Assembly: GCA_002633005.1 (NCBI GenBank) | Contig: NMRA01000015.1 | Span: forward strand, 613,239 to 677,238 | Length of the DNA: 64,000 nucleotides | DNA from: Phoronis australis | Taxonomy: Eukaryota > Animalia > Phoronida | Direction: 5' to 3' | Shown here: piece after piece, positions 37,501 through 45,451 of the stretch | Layout: the number at the start of each line of letters is the position of its first letter | How positions within the stretch are numbered: position 1 is the first letter of the stretch | Made by a program: the position numbers and the translations under genes | The notes under the pieces: model-generated | Databases searched by the model: none | What the model saw: the letters and a program-made list of their open reading frames with translations, nothing else | What the model was told of the DNA's origin: nothing

Positions 37501-39621
37501 TAATTCACTTGCTGACTCTAATTAACACCAGCCCATTATAACATATTTTGAATCAAACGTTTGCCCAAATAGTGCCCTCCTCCAAACAAGGACTTAGTGT
37601 TTGACCCTTCATTGCCTGCGGGCTAATCACCAGTGTGCAGTGCTATACCCTCTATAATCGACCATAGTTGGCTCCTTGGCGGTGGAGCTTTGCAGTTAAT
37701 ATGTATGGTAATGACCGCATCTCCATTGACAGTACTAAACGATGAACGCTGCAAGTGCAAAAAGAACATGTGTGCTGGGAAACTGAGTTTGTGCTGCAAT
37801 GCTGGGTCAAACTGTACAGAAATTTTGCAGCTGTGACAACTGTAGTAACATCAGCAACACTGACTGCATAACATTGGATAGTTTTTTGACAAGTCAACCC
37901 TGACCCGTTATTTCCTTTTTTGTATTAAAAAGTTAATTTTATTTGTTGATTAAGTCATAGAAAGTACATACTTTGATCATTGTCATGTATTTGTCTCATA
38001 CTGCTTGATAAACTCTGTCAGAATAATCTATTATTTTCATACAGTCGTTGTGCACATTCACAGAAATCATTCAACTATATTGTTTTTGTACTATAACGTA
38101 TTTCTGGTGTATTATGCAAACAAGCTGTATTTTACACCATTAGTCAATGTTTTAGTCATCGAGGCACAAATTTTGCCCAGTTCCAAGTGTTTTGTGTTAT
38201 TTTTGTTGCCTGACATTGCCAGAATAACTTCCTAGCAACATTCAGACTTAGTTTGCATTTTTGCCACTAGGTGTCTCTTTTATATTTTTTAAATTTCACT
38301 GTTTACAATTAATCTACAATAGTAAAACATGTAATGTGAGTGTAATATTGTTCAATACAATGGCACTGATGGGACCATATTACTTGTTTTACAAAAAAGT
38401 CACCAAAACTGTTGTTTTTACAAATATAAGTTTACTAAGCTCTTTGGTGATTATTAGGTAACTTCAAACTCAAATTTCTCAAAAATGTGCAACTTTATAA
38501 GTGGGAACTTTTTAGATTTTGAAAACACTCTAATAAATGAATTAAAAAACACCAAAATAAAGTTGCCCCCCCTAAAGTACTCACAAAAACCATTTTCTAG
38601 AGGCCCTTGAAAATCTGGCCCACCCACTACTTTGCCAATCCCAAGATGGCGTATGCACGCATGGATAAGCGTGGTGGTGTTTTCCAACCCCAAAACGCTT
38701 CGACTCAAACGTTGACAATTAAATACGGGCGAAATGCACCTATAAAGTGAGCAAAACCCGCCTTCTTCCATGCCTTAGAAAACATTCCCAGCTTGCCACA
38801 TCAAAGTATGTCCTCCATGGAATCGTTAAGGAATGTGCGTCCATCATAGCAAAGCAGTACAGTGGCAAACTTGTCGTATCTCTACGTTAAAACAACGTTA
38901 CGAAATCCTTTATAAGAAATATTCATCAACCTTTCTCACATTTGCTCTGTTTTTGTATACCTAACACCACAGGCGTTGGATATTTTACTCTCCTACAGGT
39001 GCGCTGATGCCGTGGACTACAACATCTTGCCTCATTCTCCTGGTTGTGTTCGCGGTCATTTACTTCAGAAAATGCAACGACGTTGGCCAATTTTCAGACC
39101 ACACCTTCACCACGTCTTACTCCCTAGACTCCGTCATCGATTCGTTAGGGAGCACAAGTGGTGTGGACTCGTCACCTCGCCAGGTGGACTCCTGGCCTCT
39201 AATCGAGGACACATCAGAGAAGGACGTAGATTCGGTGCCAGTGGTTGAAGACACGGCTCCAAAAAGGCCCGTGATTAGACCTTTGTCACTACTGCCGACC
39301 TTACCATGGGTAGACAAGAAAGACAGTACGCTGCATCATACAGATAAGTCTCCGAAAGAGGACGATTATACGATGCACGCAACTGAAACGCCGCCGCCGC
39401 CAGCAAAGGAAACTGAGATAAAAGATTCGCCTGTCTCTCCGGCTTCTGAGGCAACTCCGGGAGCTGGATCGCCGCTTGCTGAAGAAACGAACGCCCACGA
39501 AAACGAGCACCCATTGGGTGTTGGAGATATATCAGCCCAAAGACATAAAGATTCTGTAGATGGTTTACATTTGACTGCTTCTTCGCTTCTTGAACACTTC
39601 AGTGACAAGGATTTAGTTTAA
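2087..39621 (+). CDS. Multi-exon gene, 5'-incomplete: 13x EGF-like + TSP1 + transmembrane + low-complexity cytoplasmic tail (type I membrane protein)
   Basis: 15 AG/GT-bounded exons; the 14 internal ones are phase 1-1 with lengths divisible by 3 and join without stops. Six-Cys EGF pattern in 13 exons, WSxW/CSTTCG TSP1 motif, hydrophobic stretch followed by RK. No signal-peptide exon identified. Confidence 0.88.
2570..4227 (-). mobile_element. Kolobok-like DNA transposon (TTAA TSD) with decayed THAP ORF
   Basis: TTAA|AAGAGAATGCCACCC ... GGGTGGCATTCTCCT|TTAA (14/15 TIR match); THAP remnant inside. Confidence 0.78.
3850..4061 (-). pseudogene. THAP zinc-finger remnant
   Basis: MPLYCGASVPACPN*...GISFFRLPR...RKWLAVV [frameshift] LRFCGRHF: C2CH pattern with conserved P, W, F. 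Confidence 0.75.
4465..4605 (+). CDS. EGF-like exon 2 (VIPCEETVKANLNCMDFCHLISADNPVCRCNSENFREKYLRNTNCK)
   Basis: ttacag|...|gtgagt, 141 nt, 6 Cys; not in ORF track. Confidence 0.85.
5512..5625 (+). CDS. EGF-like exon 3 (TDLCVLQKCKEMCVHEGDKVKCACKTGRTFDERGRCR)
   Basis: ttacag|...|gtactg, 114 nt, 6 Cys. Confidence 0.88.
6100..6228 (+). CDS. EGF-like exon 4 (MNPCERKNMGCEDPVCIRDENDNWSCGCHKGRVLGDDGHSCY)
   Basis: ttgcag|...|gtaagt, 129 nt, 6 Cys. Confidence 0.92.
7055..7887. other. ~255-bp direct duplication across a single-N contig join (probable haplotype overlap)
   Basis: 7055-7309 repeated at 7626-7887, with N at 7625. Confidence 0.8.
8107..8223 (+). CDS. EGF-like exon 5 (ACHPQVSKCSDECHEVNYKATCMCNGNRILMEDKATCR)
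   Basis: ctacag|...|gtaaaa, 117 nt, 6 Cys. Confidence 0.9.
10975..11100 (+). CDS. EGF-like exon 6 (RNQCEEGVCGLGATCKMVQGQARCTCESPFVTSFQNPSDCV)
   Basis: tttcag|...|gtgagt, 126 nt, 6 Cys; frame not in ORF track. Confidence 0.9.
11379..11541. mobile_element. hAT5-like MITE, short derivative of 43245-44282
   Basis: Both ends match the longer element; 5-bp TSD TGTAT (within a TGTA microsatellite). Confidence 0.8.
11960..12595 (-). mobile_element. Penelope-like element 3' fragment (GIY-YIG endonuclease)
   Basis: LIYHFNCP...C..YVGCTTCTLSRRLSMH..GSIKDH in ORF 12179-12496. Confidence 0.82.
12600..13030 (+). mobile_element. Left part of a THAP-bearing TTAA-type (Kolobok-like) element, cut by gap
   Basis: TTAA|AGTGTACAC start; RCVSGGCSN...SVF [frameshift] PKDTKVAQKWHGFVRRTR..WD...LCSAHFEDSCF at 12841-13030. 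Confidence 0.72.
13514..13675. repeat. (TA)n(TG)n/(TGTA)n microsatellite; similar tract at 11345-11795
   Basis: Direct observation. Confidence 0.95.
14001..14111 (+). CDS. EGF-like exon 7 (TCIAFNCDFACREVKGNSNPCICPSGATLMYLGACR)
   Basis: tttcag|...|gtaagt, 111 nt, 6 Cys. Confidence 0.88.
14471..14710. mobile_element. MITE with CCATGCGTGCACCCAG TIRs
   Basis: Perfect 16-bp inverted termini; TSD not resolved. Confidence 0.6.
15683..16804 (-). mobile_element. Kolobok-like long-TIR element with frameshifted THAP ORF (right end in gap)
   Basis: TTAA|AGGTG start; inverted repeat 15875-15985 vs 16694-16804; MPRCCCVPGC..RRFPKD...W...RVCSKHF...RLKKGIIPSL on - strand from 16741. Confidence 0.78.
17057..18522 (+). 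mobile_element. Helentron-associated/DINE-1-like element with internal ~150-bp repeats (5' end in gap)
   Basis: Homologous to 33556-34891 and 54782-56027; GTCC-type microsatellite head, 3' stem-loop ending CTTGTT. Confidence 0.72.
19821..19949 (+). CDS. EGF-like exon 8 (KTPCELLSCHNASGASCSEDEPARCECLKDGYHLSADGKRCE)
   Basis: ttgcag|...|gtgaga, 129 nt, 6 Cys. Confidence 0.92.
20306..20730 (-). repeat. 3' LTR of BEL/Pao element
   Basis: Matches 24504-24928 except for about 3 substitutions seen by eye. Confidence 0.97.
20871..24479 (-). pseudogene. Disrupted gag-pol of BEL/Pao element (gag N-terminus, RT, RNase H, integrase)
   Basis: Successive ORF fragments in different frames (24027-24479, 23660-24133, 23326-23694, 22577-23215, 22079-22461, 20871-22106); gag Zn knuckles and protease not seen. 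Confidence 0.93.
24504..24928 (-). repeat. 5' LTR of BEL/Pao element
   Basis: Adjacent to PBS (about 24478-24498) and gag ATG at 24479. Confidence 0.97.
25191..25319 (+). CDS. EGF-like exon 9 (NKSCQELQCDILTSATCDQRGGVYKCFCPPGYTLEEDGKRCR)
   Basis: tgctag|...|gtaaac, 129 nt, 6 Cys. Confidence 0.92.
26600..27025 (+). repeat. 63-bp minisatellite overlapping the acceptor of EGF exon 10
   Basis: TCAAGACTGC recurs at 26691, 26754, 26817, 26880, 26943, 27006. Confidence 0.95.
27006..27125 (+). CDS. EGF-like exon 10 (KTACDLKKCEHGCQFFGGIARCTCNEFYAPDPKDNTKCK)
   Basis: ttctag|...|gtaagt, 120 nt, 6 Cys; acceptor lies in the last unit of a 63-bp tandem repeat. Confidence 0.9.
27573..27683 (+). CDS. EGF-like exon 11 (HCEVMECEGKCQNLADGAICLCPPGKVISNDKRTCR)
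   Basis: ttcgcag|...|gtaaaa, 111 nt, 6 Cys; in-frame alternative acceptor 24 nt upstream. Confidence 0.88.
30790..30944. mobile_element. hAT5-like MITE
   Basis: CAGTGGCGGAT...ATCCGCCCGTG, 5-bp TSD GTAGA. Confidence 0.78.
31028..31138 (+). CDS. EGF-like exon 12 (KNLCDQKLCSDICEMENGEPHCMCSEGKKLVGNDCK)
   Basis: aaacag|...|gtaagt, 111 nt, 6 Cys. Confidence 0.9.
32070..32183 (+). CDS. EGF-like exon 13 (PCYFKGCSKLCRNVHGRAECYCPEGQILENNKRSCVI)
   Basis: ttgtag|...|gtgggt, 114 nt, 6 Cys. Confidence 0.9.
33556..34891 (+). mobile_element. Helentron-associated/DINE-1-like element, apparently full length
   Basis: 5' TTATGCGCCCACA..TGTGGACGCAT hairpin, (CCGT)n, internal tandem subrepeats, 3' subterminal IR and stem-loop, T-rich insertion site. 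Confidence 0.75.
34942..35130 (+). CDS. Thrombospondin type-1 (TSP1) exon (GEWSMWFPKGECSTTCGEGTMPIFRNCS...CQG...TCRGSKKC)
   Basis: ttacag acceptor; WSxW, CSxTCG, RxC motifs, 6 Cys. Donor is either g|gttcgt after 35130 or g|gtgttt after 35145 (both phase 1). Confidence 0.85.
35471..38629 (+). mobile_element. Academ-like DNA transposon remnant
   Basis: Termini TAGTCGGTGGGTCAGAT...ATCTGGCCCACCCACTA, extended imperfect TIRs, 3-bp TSD CTT; decayed transposase motifs DLVxxEAKYHRxxCY (about 37180-37225), LPPx, and C-terminal Cys-rich CKCKKNMC...C...CTEFCSCDNCSN (37750-37850). Confidence 0.8.
38999..39621 (+). CDS. Terminal exon: TM helix (SCLILLVVFAVIYF-RK) plus about 180-aa acidic Ser/Thr/Pro-rich cytoplasmic tail ending ...SDKDLV*
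   Basis: ctcctacag acceptor in phase 1 with ORF 39007-39621; hydrophobic run followed by basic stop-transfer residues. Confidence 0.82.
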
Positions 39622-40813
39622 ACACTTTGTCGGTATCATCACCTAATCAAAGGATGTTTATAATTTCATGGGCGTACAATTGAATATTTACCCAAAAGGC
39701 GGGCATGAACTTTGCAAGCCAAATTTACCTTTGTTTTCTCCCATTTGAGCCCTGTGTGTACTAATCAAACAATCAGACGATGTGCCAATTACTGCTCAAT
39801 TGAGTTTTGCCAATCACGGATGGCAGGCTGTGTACCTGCATTCATCAGTCTCCGAGTATGTATCAGTAAAGAACATTTTCCTCTTAATTCAAAAGAGGTG
39901 TGTACAACACAAGTAGAACTTGGAGTCTTGGGTCTATTACCTGAACATTTGTGAATTTACTGTTGTGTGCCGTTCCCACAATATTTTTATTCTCTACCGG
40001 AAAAAGCTTCTCAGTAGAATTGTAGGTAAAATTGTGAACTGATTCTGGTTATCTTAAACAAATTTCGAAGTTCATCAAATTTCATTGGGTTCTAAGTTAC
40101 TTGCTTTTCTCCGGTAAGGGCGTTCGCCGTCCAGATCGTTTTCTGGCATTTTTGCTGAGATGCTCTTCAAACTGTGTTCGGGTATCAGATATACGCCATT
40201 GTGCTGGTCACCTTACAACAAGTTAGACCGTTATTTGGAGTTTTATGAGTTTTACGGTATGCCTAGAGGTCAGTGCGTATCGGGAACTACGCATTATCAT
40301 CGGCTCTCAAAGAGTAGACGTGTTCCATCGCAGTTTGCTAGCTCGTTAATGTCAAGAAAGCAGAATAGCCCATTCAGGCCACGGCTAAAGCGGCGTTTTC
40401 ACGAAAGTGTCGGCTTACGTAGTAAATGCTAAAGCTGTGCAAAACTATTCATTGTGCGGCAGACAGCTCAAGACAGCTCAATTGTCTACGGATAACACCT
40501 TTTAGACAGCCCTTCATGAGATCTACAAGCCATGGTTAATCTTTCAAAGTACAGCGAGGCTTCAGCTTCCCCTTTATGCGACCAAACCAAAAAACTACAC
40601 CACAAAGCCACATACTTGGTAAAAAACTCACGTAGTAGCATGCAGGGATCGCGCCAAGTTAAAGTGCTTAACACTACCATTGACTACAATGTCAGCGTCA
40701 TTAAACCAGTTCGCTTATAGCACTGCATATCAAAATCGTGAATTCAATATGACCCCAAAGAGAAAATAGAAGAAAAGAGAATTCGAAATTAAAGTTTCTT
40801 AGCTCCTCTATAA

Positions 40814-41052
40814 CAGAGGCGGATCTACAGGGGGGGTTCAGGGGGTTTAACCCCCCCCCCTCGGGACAGGATCAAAAATAAAAACTGGAAAAAAAATCGC
40901 CAGAAAAACGAAATTAGCTACCAAAAATCCAAAAAAATCTTACACGGGAGGAGGGAAACCCTCTCGCGACCTTCCTTCTCCTCGGCGCTACGCGCCTCGG
41001 ATTCTCTCGAAACCTAAACCCACCCCTTACTGAAATCGTAGATCTGCCACTG
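40814..41052. mobile_element. hAT5-like MITE
   Basis: CAGAGGCGGATCTA...TAGATCTGCCACTG, 5-bp TSD TATAA. Confidence 0.8.
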
Positions 41053-41600
41053 TATAAGGACGTGAATGTGACGTTTGAACGTACAGCGAGCGCCAGTGTG
41101 TTATGTCCACAAAAACGTGAGTCTCTTGTTTTTACTTGTGCCATGTCCAGGCTTCTCCGTTGTTCCTGATCGGAAAAGTGAAAAGATACACGGTGGTCAA
41201 ATTCACCACAAACCCATGAATGCTTCGCCTCGTAACTCGATATCAGCTAATTAATATATCGTCAGATTGTGTTTGTAGATGTTCAAATTTGACACCTGAT
41301 CGACTTGTGGGACTGTTTTATGGTGTTTTTGAGATGCAATTGCTGATTTTGAGCACTTTAAAATGAAAGCCCTCTAACGAGGGAGCACTTATTTAATTAG
41401 GCCTACTGACGAAATGAATGAATGAAAGGAAAGACGACACGCAATTTGCTGCATTCCGCAATCAGGTAGTAACTTTTTGACGTGCTCAATAAAGACGTTT
41501 TATGTCTATGAATAAAAAATCAATTACATTGGTACAAAACCAATTTCACACTTATTTAGTTTCCAATTGTTTCTTAGTCGAAAAAGGTGTGATTTCTGGA

Positions 41601-41800
41601 AAAATGCCAGTTTGTCCTAGTTTGAGACCAGCTAGGCTGAAAATGACAGTTTGTCCTTGTTTGAGACCAGCTAGGCTCAAGATTGCAGTTTGTCCTTTAT
41701 TTGAGACCAGCTAGGCTCAAAATGACAGTTTGTCCTTGTTTGACACCAGCTAGGCTGAAAATGACAGTTTGTCCTTGTTTCAGACTAGCTAGGCTCAAAA
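41601..41800. repeat. 40-bp tandem repeat x5
   Basis: Unit aaaatgacagtttgtccttgtttgagaccagctaggctga. Confidence 0.92.
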
Positions 41801-43244
41801 CTTAGTTGACTTCTCAGAGCGTGTCATTTATTCGTAGAACATAATTTCGAGCAATAGCAAAGTTCTTTGCAATTCCAAAACGCATCTGAGTAAAGAAAAA
41901 GTTGAGAAAACTTTTATGGTAGGCCCTATAAAGTGTTTTAAATCAAAATTTAAGTGCCTTTGACTGAGCGCTGCGGGTTTATTGCCACTTTAAGTCAACT
42001 TTCGGTAACAATCGCAGTTCCCCAGGTCTGGTATTAGTCCGTTTGAACCGGAACATAATTGTTGCAACACAATGTGAACGCAACATATGGCTACTTTACA
42101 ACGTCAACGTCTCAAGAGCAAAACGTACCTGCGAAAACACTGTGATTACGACACCTTCGGCAACATTGTGTGAGCCAAGCTTCAGATCAATTTCGACCAA
42201 TGACCCCTTCTCAATGAAATTCCACTGCATTTGGGCGTAGGTAGCGGAACGCGGGGCGGGAGCGCTCTCCAGTCGGCATGAACTCGATCGAGGGCCGGGA
42301 CAACGCCATCGGAACAGAGGGATGCAGGAAGCAGCAGGAGGGTAGGTGCACTAAGTGGATTGCAAAAGCAGGCGAGACGGTGAAACCCGTCGTAGCGTAC
42401 GTAGGGCAAAGGCATGCAGCTGTGAAATAAGAAAAGAAAAGAAATTAATAGCGGAGAAGCATTTGTCTACCGTGCTGGATACCCTGGCCTAGACATTTTT
42501 GTTAGAAGGCCTCCTTTTTAATACTCTATGAGTGGCCTATGTTCATTCCGTGATAGACGGGATCCCTTAAAGTAGCCCCATGTAGCAATTAAGTGAAGCA
42601 CGAACAATCTGGCAAGATCAAGAGGGTCTATTCACAGATGTGTGTATGGGCGGCTCACCATCGGGGGCTGGGGTAGCTATAGCCCCACTTTTTTCAATGC
42701 TTCGCCGCCCATGGTCTGTGGGCGGTGCACCAAAGGGGGTCTCAGTGAGGGGCTATGCGGCTCCCTCCCCCCACATTTTTCAGTGCAGTGCGCCACCCCG
42801 GCATACCCTGAGCTCGCCTGCCATTGTGTGTGAAAACTTTGATCTGACTAGCATTTTCATACACGAATGATATCAGTTCACGTATTTGTTCTATCCCTGA
42901 TCGATATTGCAAATATGCAGCGGTAGAAATATGCAATTCGTTTTAGGCAAATAAAATAGAGTCAACAAACACTCGTCACCGGTCTTGGATTTTTTCCGAC
43001 CACCGGTGAGGAAATTCAAGCACTTGTTTTTTTTTTCAAAATTGGGGGGAGGGACAAATCAATTCGACTTAATTTCGCTTAACTTTTGCCCTCGAGTCTC
43101 CCTTCCTATCATCAAAACCTCCGCTCCCACTCTCTTCGATGTCGCCAAGTTTGTACCGTCCATCCACACCCGCCGTTGGGTAGGGGACAAATCTGGGCCG
43201 AGCCAGACAACCAAAACTCGAATCGCCAGAAAATAGGCGAATTG

Positions 43245-44282
43245 CAGTGGCGGATCTAGGATATCACAAGGGGGGGGCCAACATTTTGTCCGGCTGTAAG
43301 CATTTGCGCAAACTGAACCAAGATTGTAGATAAGCATAGCACCGTATGGGGGGAGGTCGGGAGGGGGGTTTGCCCCCTCCCGCTCAGGAAATTTTTCTGT
43401 TTTTACCTCTAAAAATCAAGCATTTTCCTTGATTCCTGAAGTATTATCCAAGCAAAAAAGGGGAAAAAAAAACAAAAAAACAAAACACGGAGAACGTGTC
43501 AAACAGGAAAAACTGAACGTACTAAAAACTCGAACTCACGACCTGTCAGCTTGAGAGCGCGTGCGTTACCACTACACCACCACGATTTAACTGCAAACCT
43601 CATACTAAAAGACCTACTTGTTTATGGTCCACAGCGTTTGCGCGCGAAACCTAACTTCTTTTCGTAATGCTTATTACACGTTTTATATTTTGTGCCATCA
43701 ATTGTTAACAAATTTGTCGTATTTAAAATAGTCTTCAAATGCCCAAAAGACCAAATTGGTTTTTCGTGTTCAGTTGGCAATAATGACGGGATTGCTTTGG
43801 AAATCGTCTTAAGATAAGTATGACAAAGAGAGTTTCTGAGTGATTCACTAAGGCTTCGATTAAAATTCACATCTTACCAGCAGCTTCTGTTTTTTCATCG
43901 TCACTCAGGTTCTATTCTCTTTAAAAAATGAAGTAAATTTTCTTCATTGCACAGTGGAGCAGACGACGAAAACGGAGTCGTAGAGCGCAGCGCCACTGCC
44001 GGTCGCCTAGGATATCGCGGGAGAGCCTATACTTAGCCATAGTTCGGTTACGAATGCGCCGTGTTCCGAATTTGACTCTTGAAATTGGATTTGAGCCCCC
44101 CCCCGCACCCAACACTAAAACTGCACACATTTAAATCTATTTTCATCCTTATAATTTTAATTACCGGGGTTAATTAATAAACTCACCATTTCCCTACGCT
44201 CTTACCGTTTTATTTTTTTTGCGGCAGCCAAGGGGGGGGGTGGGGGCCCGGGCCCCCTGGGCCCCCCCTAAATCCGCCTATG
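43245..44282. mobile_element. hAT5-like non-autonomous element (about 1 kb)
   Basis: CAGTGGCGGATCTAGG...AAATCCGCCTATG, TSD AATTG/AATTA (4 of 5). Confidence 0.8.
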
Positions 44283-45254
44283 AATTAGATGGAACTGGAT
44301 GAACTCCTAGCCGCTGGTCAGGTCAACGCCGGCTAGGCCTACATGTATACTCGAGGCAGGCGCCTCATCTCGTGATATATATCCGTCTGCGCTGGCCCCG
44401 CTATAAGGACAAGATTGATTTTATTATGGTTCATTTTGGACCGAAAGTTCATTTCATCAAAAATCCATTATTTATTTCATTGGCTTTTTTGTGGCTTCGC
44501 GAGCCGCGCCTCTAAAAAGTTACCAATCAAAACAAGAAAAGGGCACCGCGATAATATAGATGCCATCATCGTGCCCAGTGCAATTATGAAACTTAGACTA
44601 ATTTCAAACTCAGTAGTTGAGCAGCAGTTGATGTTACCTGAGGATCTTAATGTTTCTTGGACTCCAACAGGCCCCCGGCGTGTGCTGCAAATCGAAAATA
44701 AGAACCTTATAACTGAATGGTCAGAGCCCTCGAACGTTAAATCCTTGAAGCATTGCCATTGGAAGCCTTTAGTGACATTCTTTGGAATTTTCTCTTTGTG
44801 TTTCATTGTCCTAGTGCTCCCAGTCGGCCCACCACCGTGTGTTTAACTCTGATGCCTGAAGGGCGCATTGTGATCACCTGTTCCTAAGGACCTATAGTAT
44901 AGCCTAGCTAGGATAGGTAACCATGTTTTTCGAAGTGTCGGCCAACTTATTTACAACGCTACGTAAATTTGGCACTGTAATTTAAATGGGCGGTGCACCT
45001 TAATAGGGGGCTGGGGTCAGTGGACTATAGCCCCCCACCTTTTTCAGGGCTGCGCCGCCCATGAATTTTATTTGACTGAATCCAAAACGTCAAAATGACG
45101 TCGTACTAAACTGCCGTGTGACGCCAGGAAATGTGGAATCTGGGTCATATTGGTTTTTTTGTCAATAGTCACCATTTGCATTGATAAGAAATAAGGACAC
45201 GCGCAGGCGAAACTATGCCTCAAAATTTAAACCGGATATTACGTTTACTGGGAT

Positions 45255-45352
45255 TAACCAATAAGCGCACTCCTCTTCAGCGTTCATCATCGCGCCTGGC
45301 ATGCGGCTTCAGCAGTGAGAACAAAAGCAAAACTGCGTGGTGTCCATTTTAA
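45255..45352 (+). promoter_or_regulatory. Putative Y-box gene core promoter/5'UTR: CCAAT box, TCT/5'TOP-like initiator, YY1-like CCATTTT
   Basis: CCAAT at 45258, CTCCTCTTC at 45270-45278, CCATTTT at about 45344, all within 140 bp of the ATG. Confidence 0.5.
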
Positions 45353-45390
45353 GATCGGACCTTTAAGATCTTTTTGTACCATCAAGAACC

Positions 45391-45451
45391 ATGTCTGACT
45401 CCGAAAAACAACAGGAGGAGACGTCCACTGTACCCGTGAAAAAAGTGATCG
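45391..45451 (+). CDS. YBX1: Y-box exon 1 coding part ([20 protein letters not shown])
   Basis: accATG Kozak context; KKVI(A) precedes the CSD in Y-box proteins; g|gtaaat phase 1. Confidence 0.93.

Noticed and set aside
39007-39621. Independent single-exon gene with signal anchor
   Set aside because: A phase-1 acceptor 8 nt upstream of the ATG fits the EGF/TSP1 gene, which otherwise lacks a terminal exon.
43525-43600. Functional tRNA gene
   Set aside because: Acceptor and anticodon stems do not pair; only A/B boxes remain.
44415-44846. 143-aa ORF with hydrophobic end
   Set aside because: Non-ATG start, no recognisable motif or splice context.
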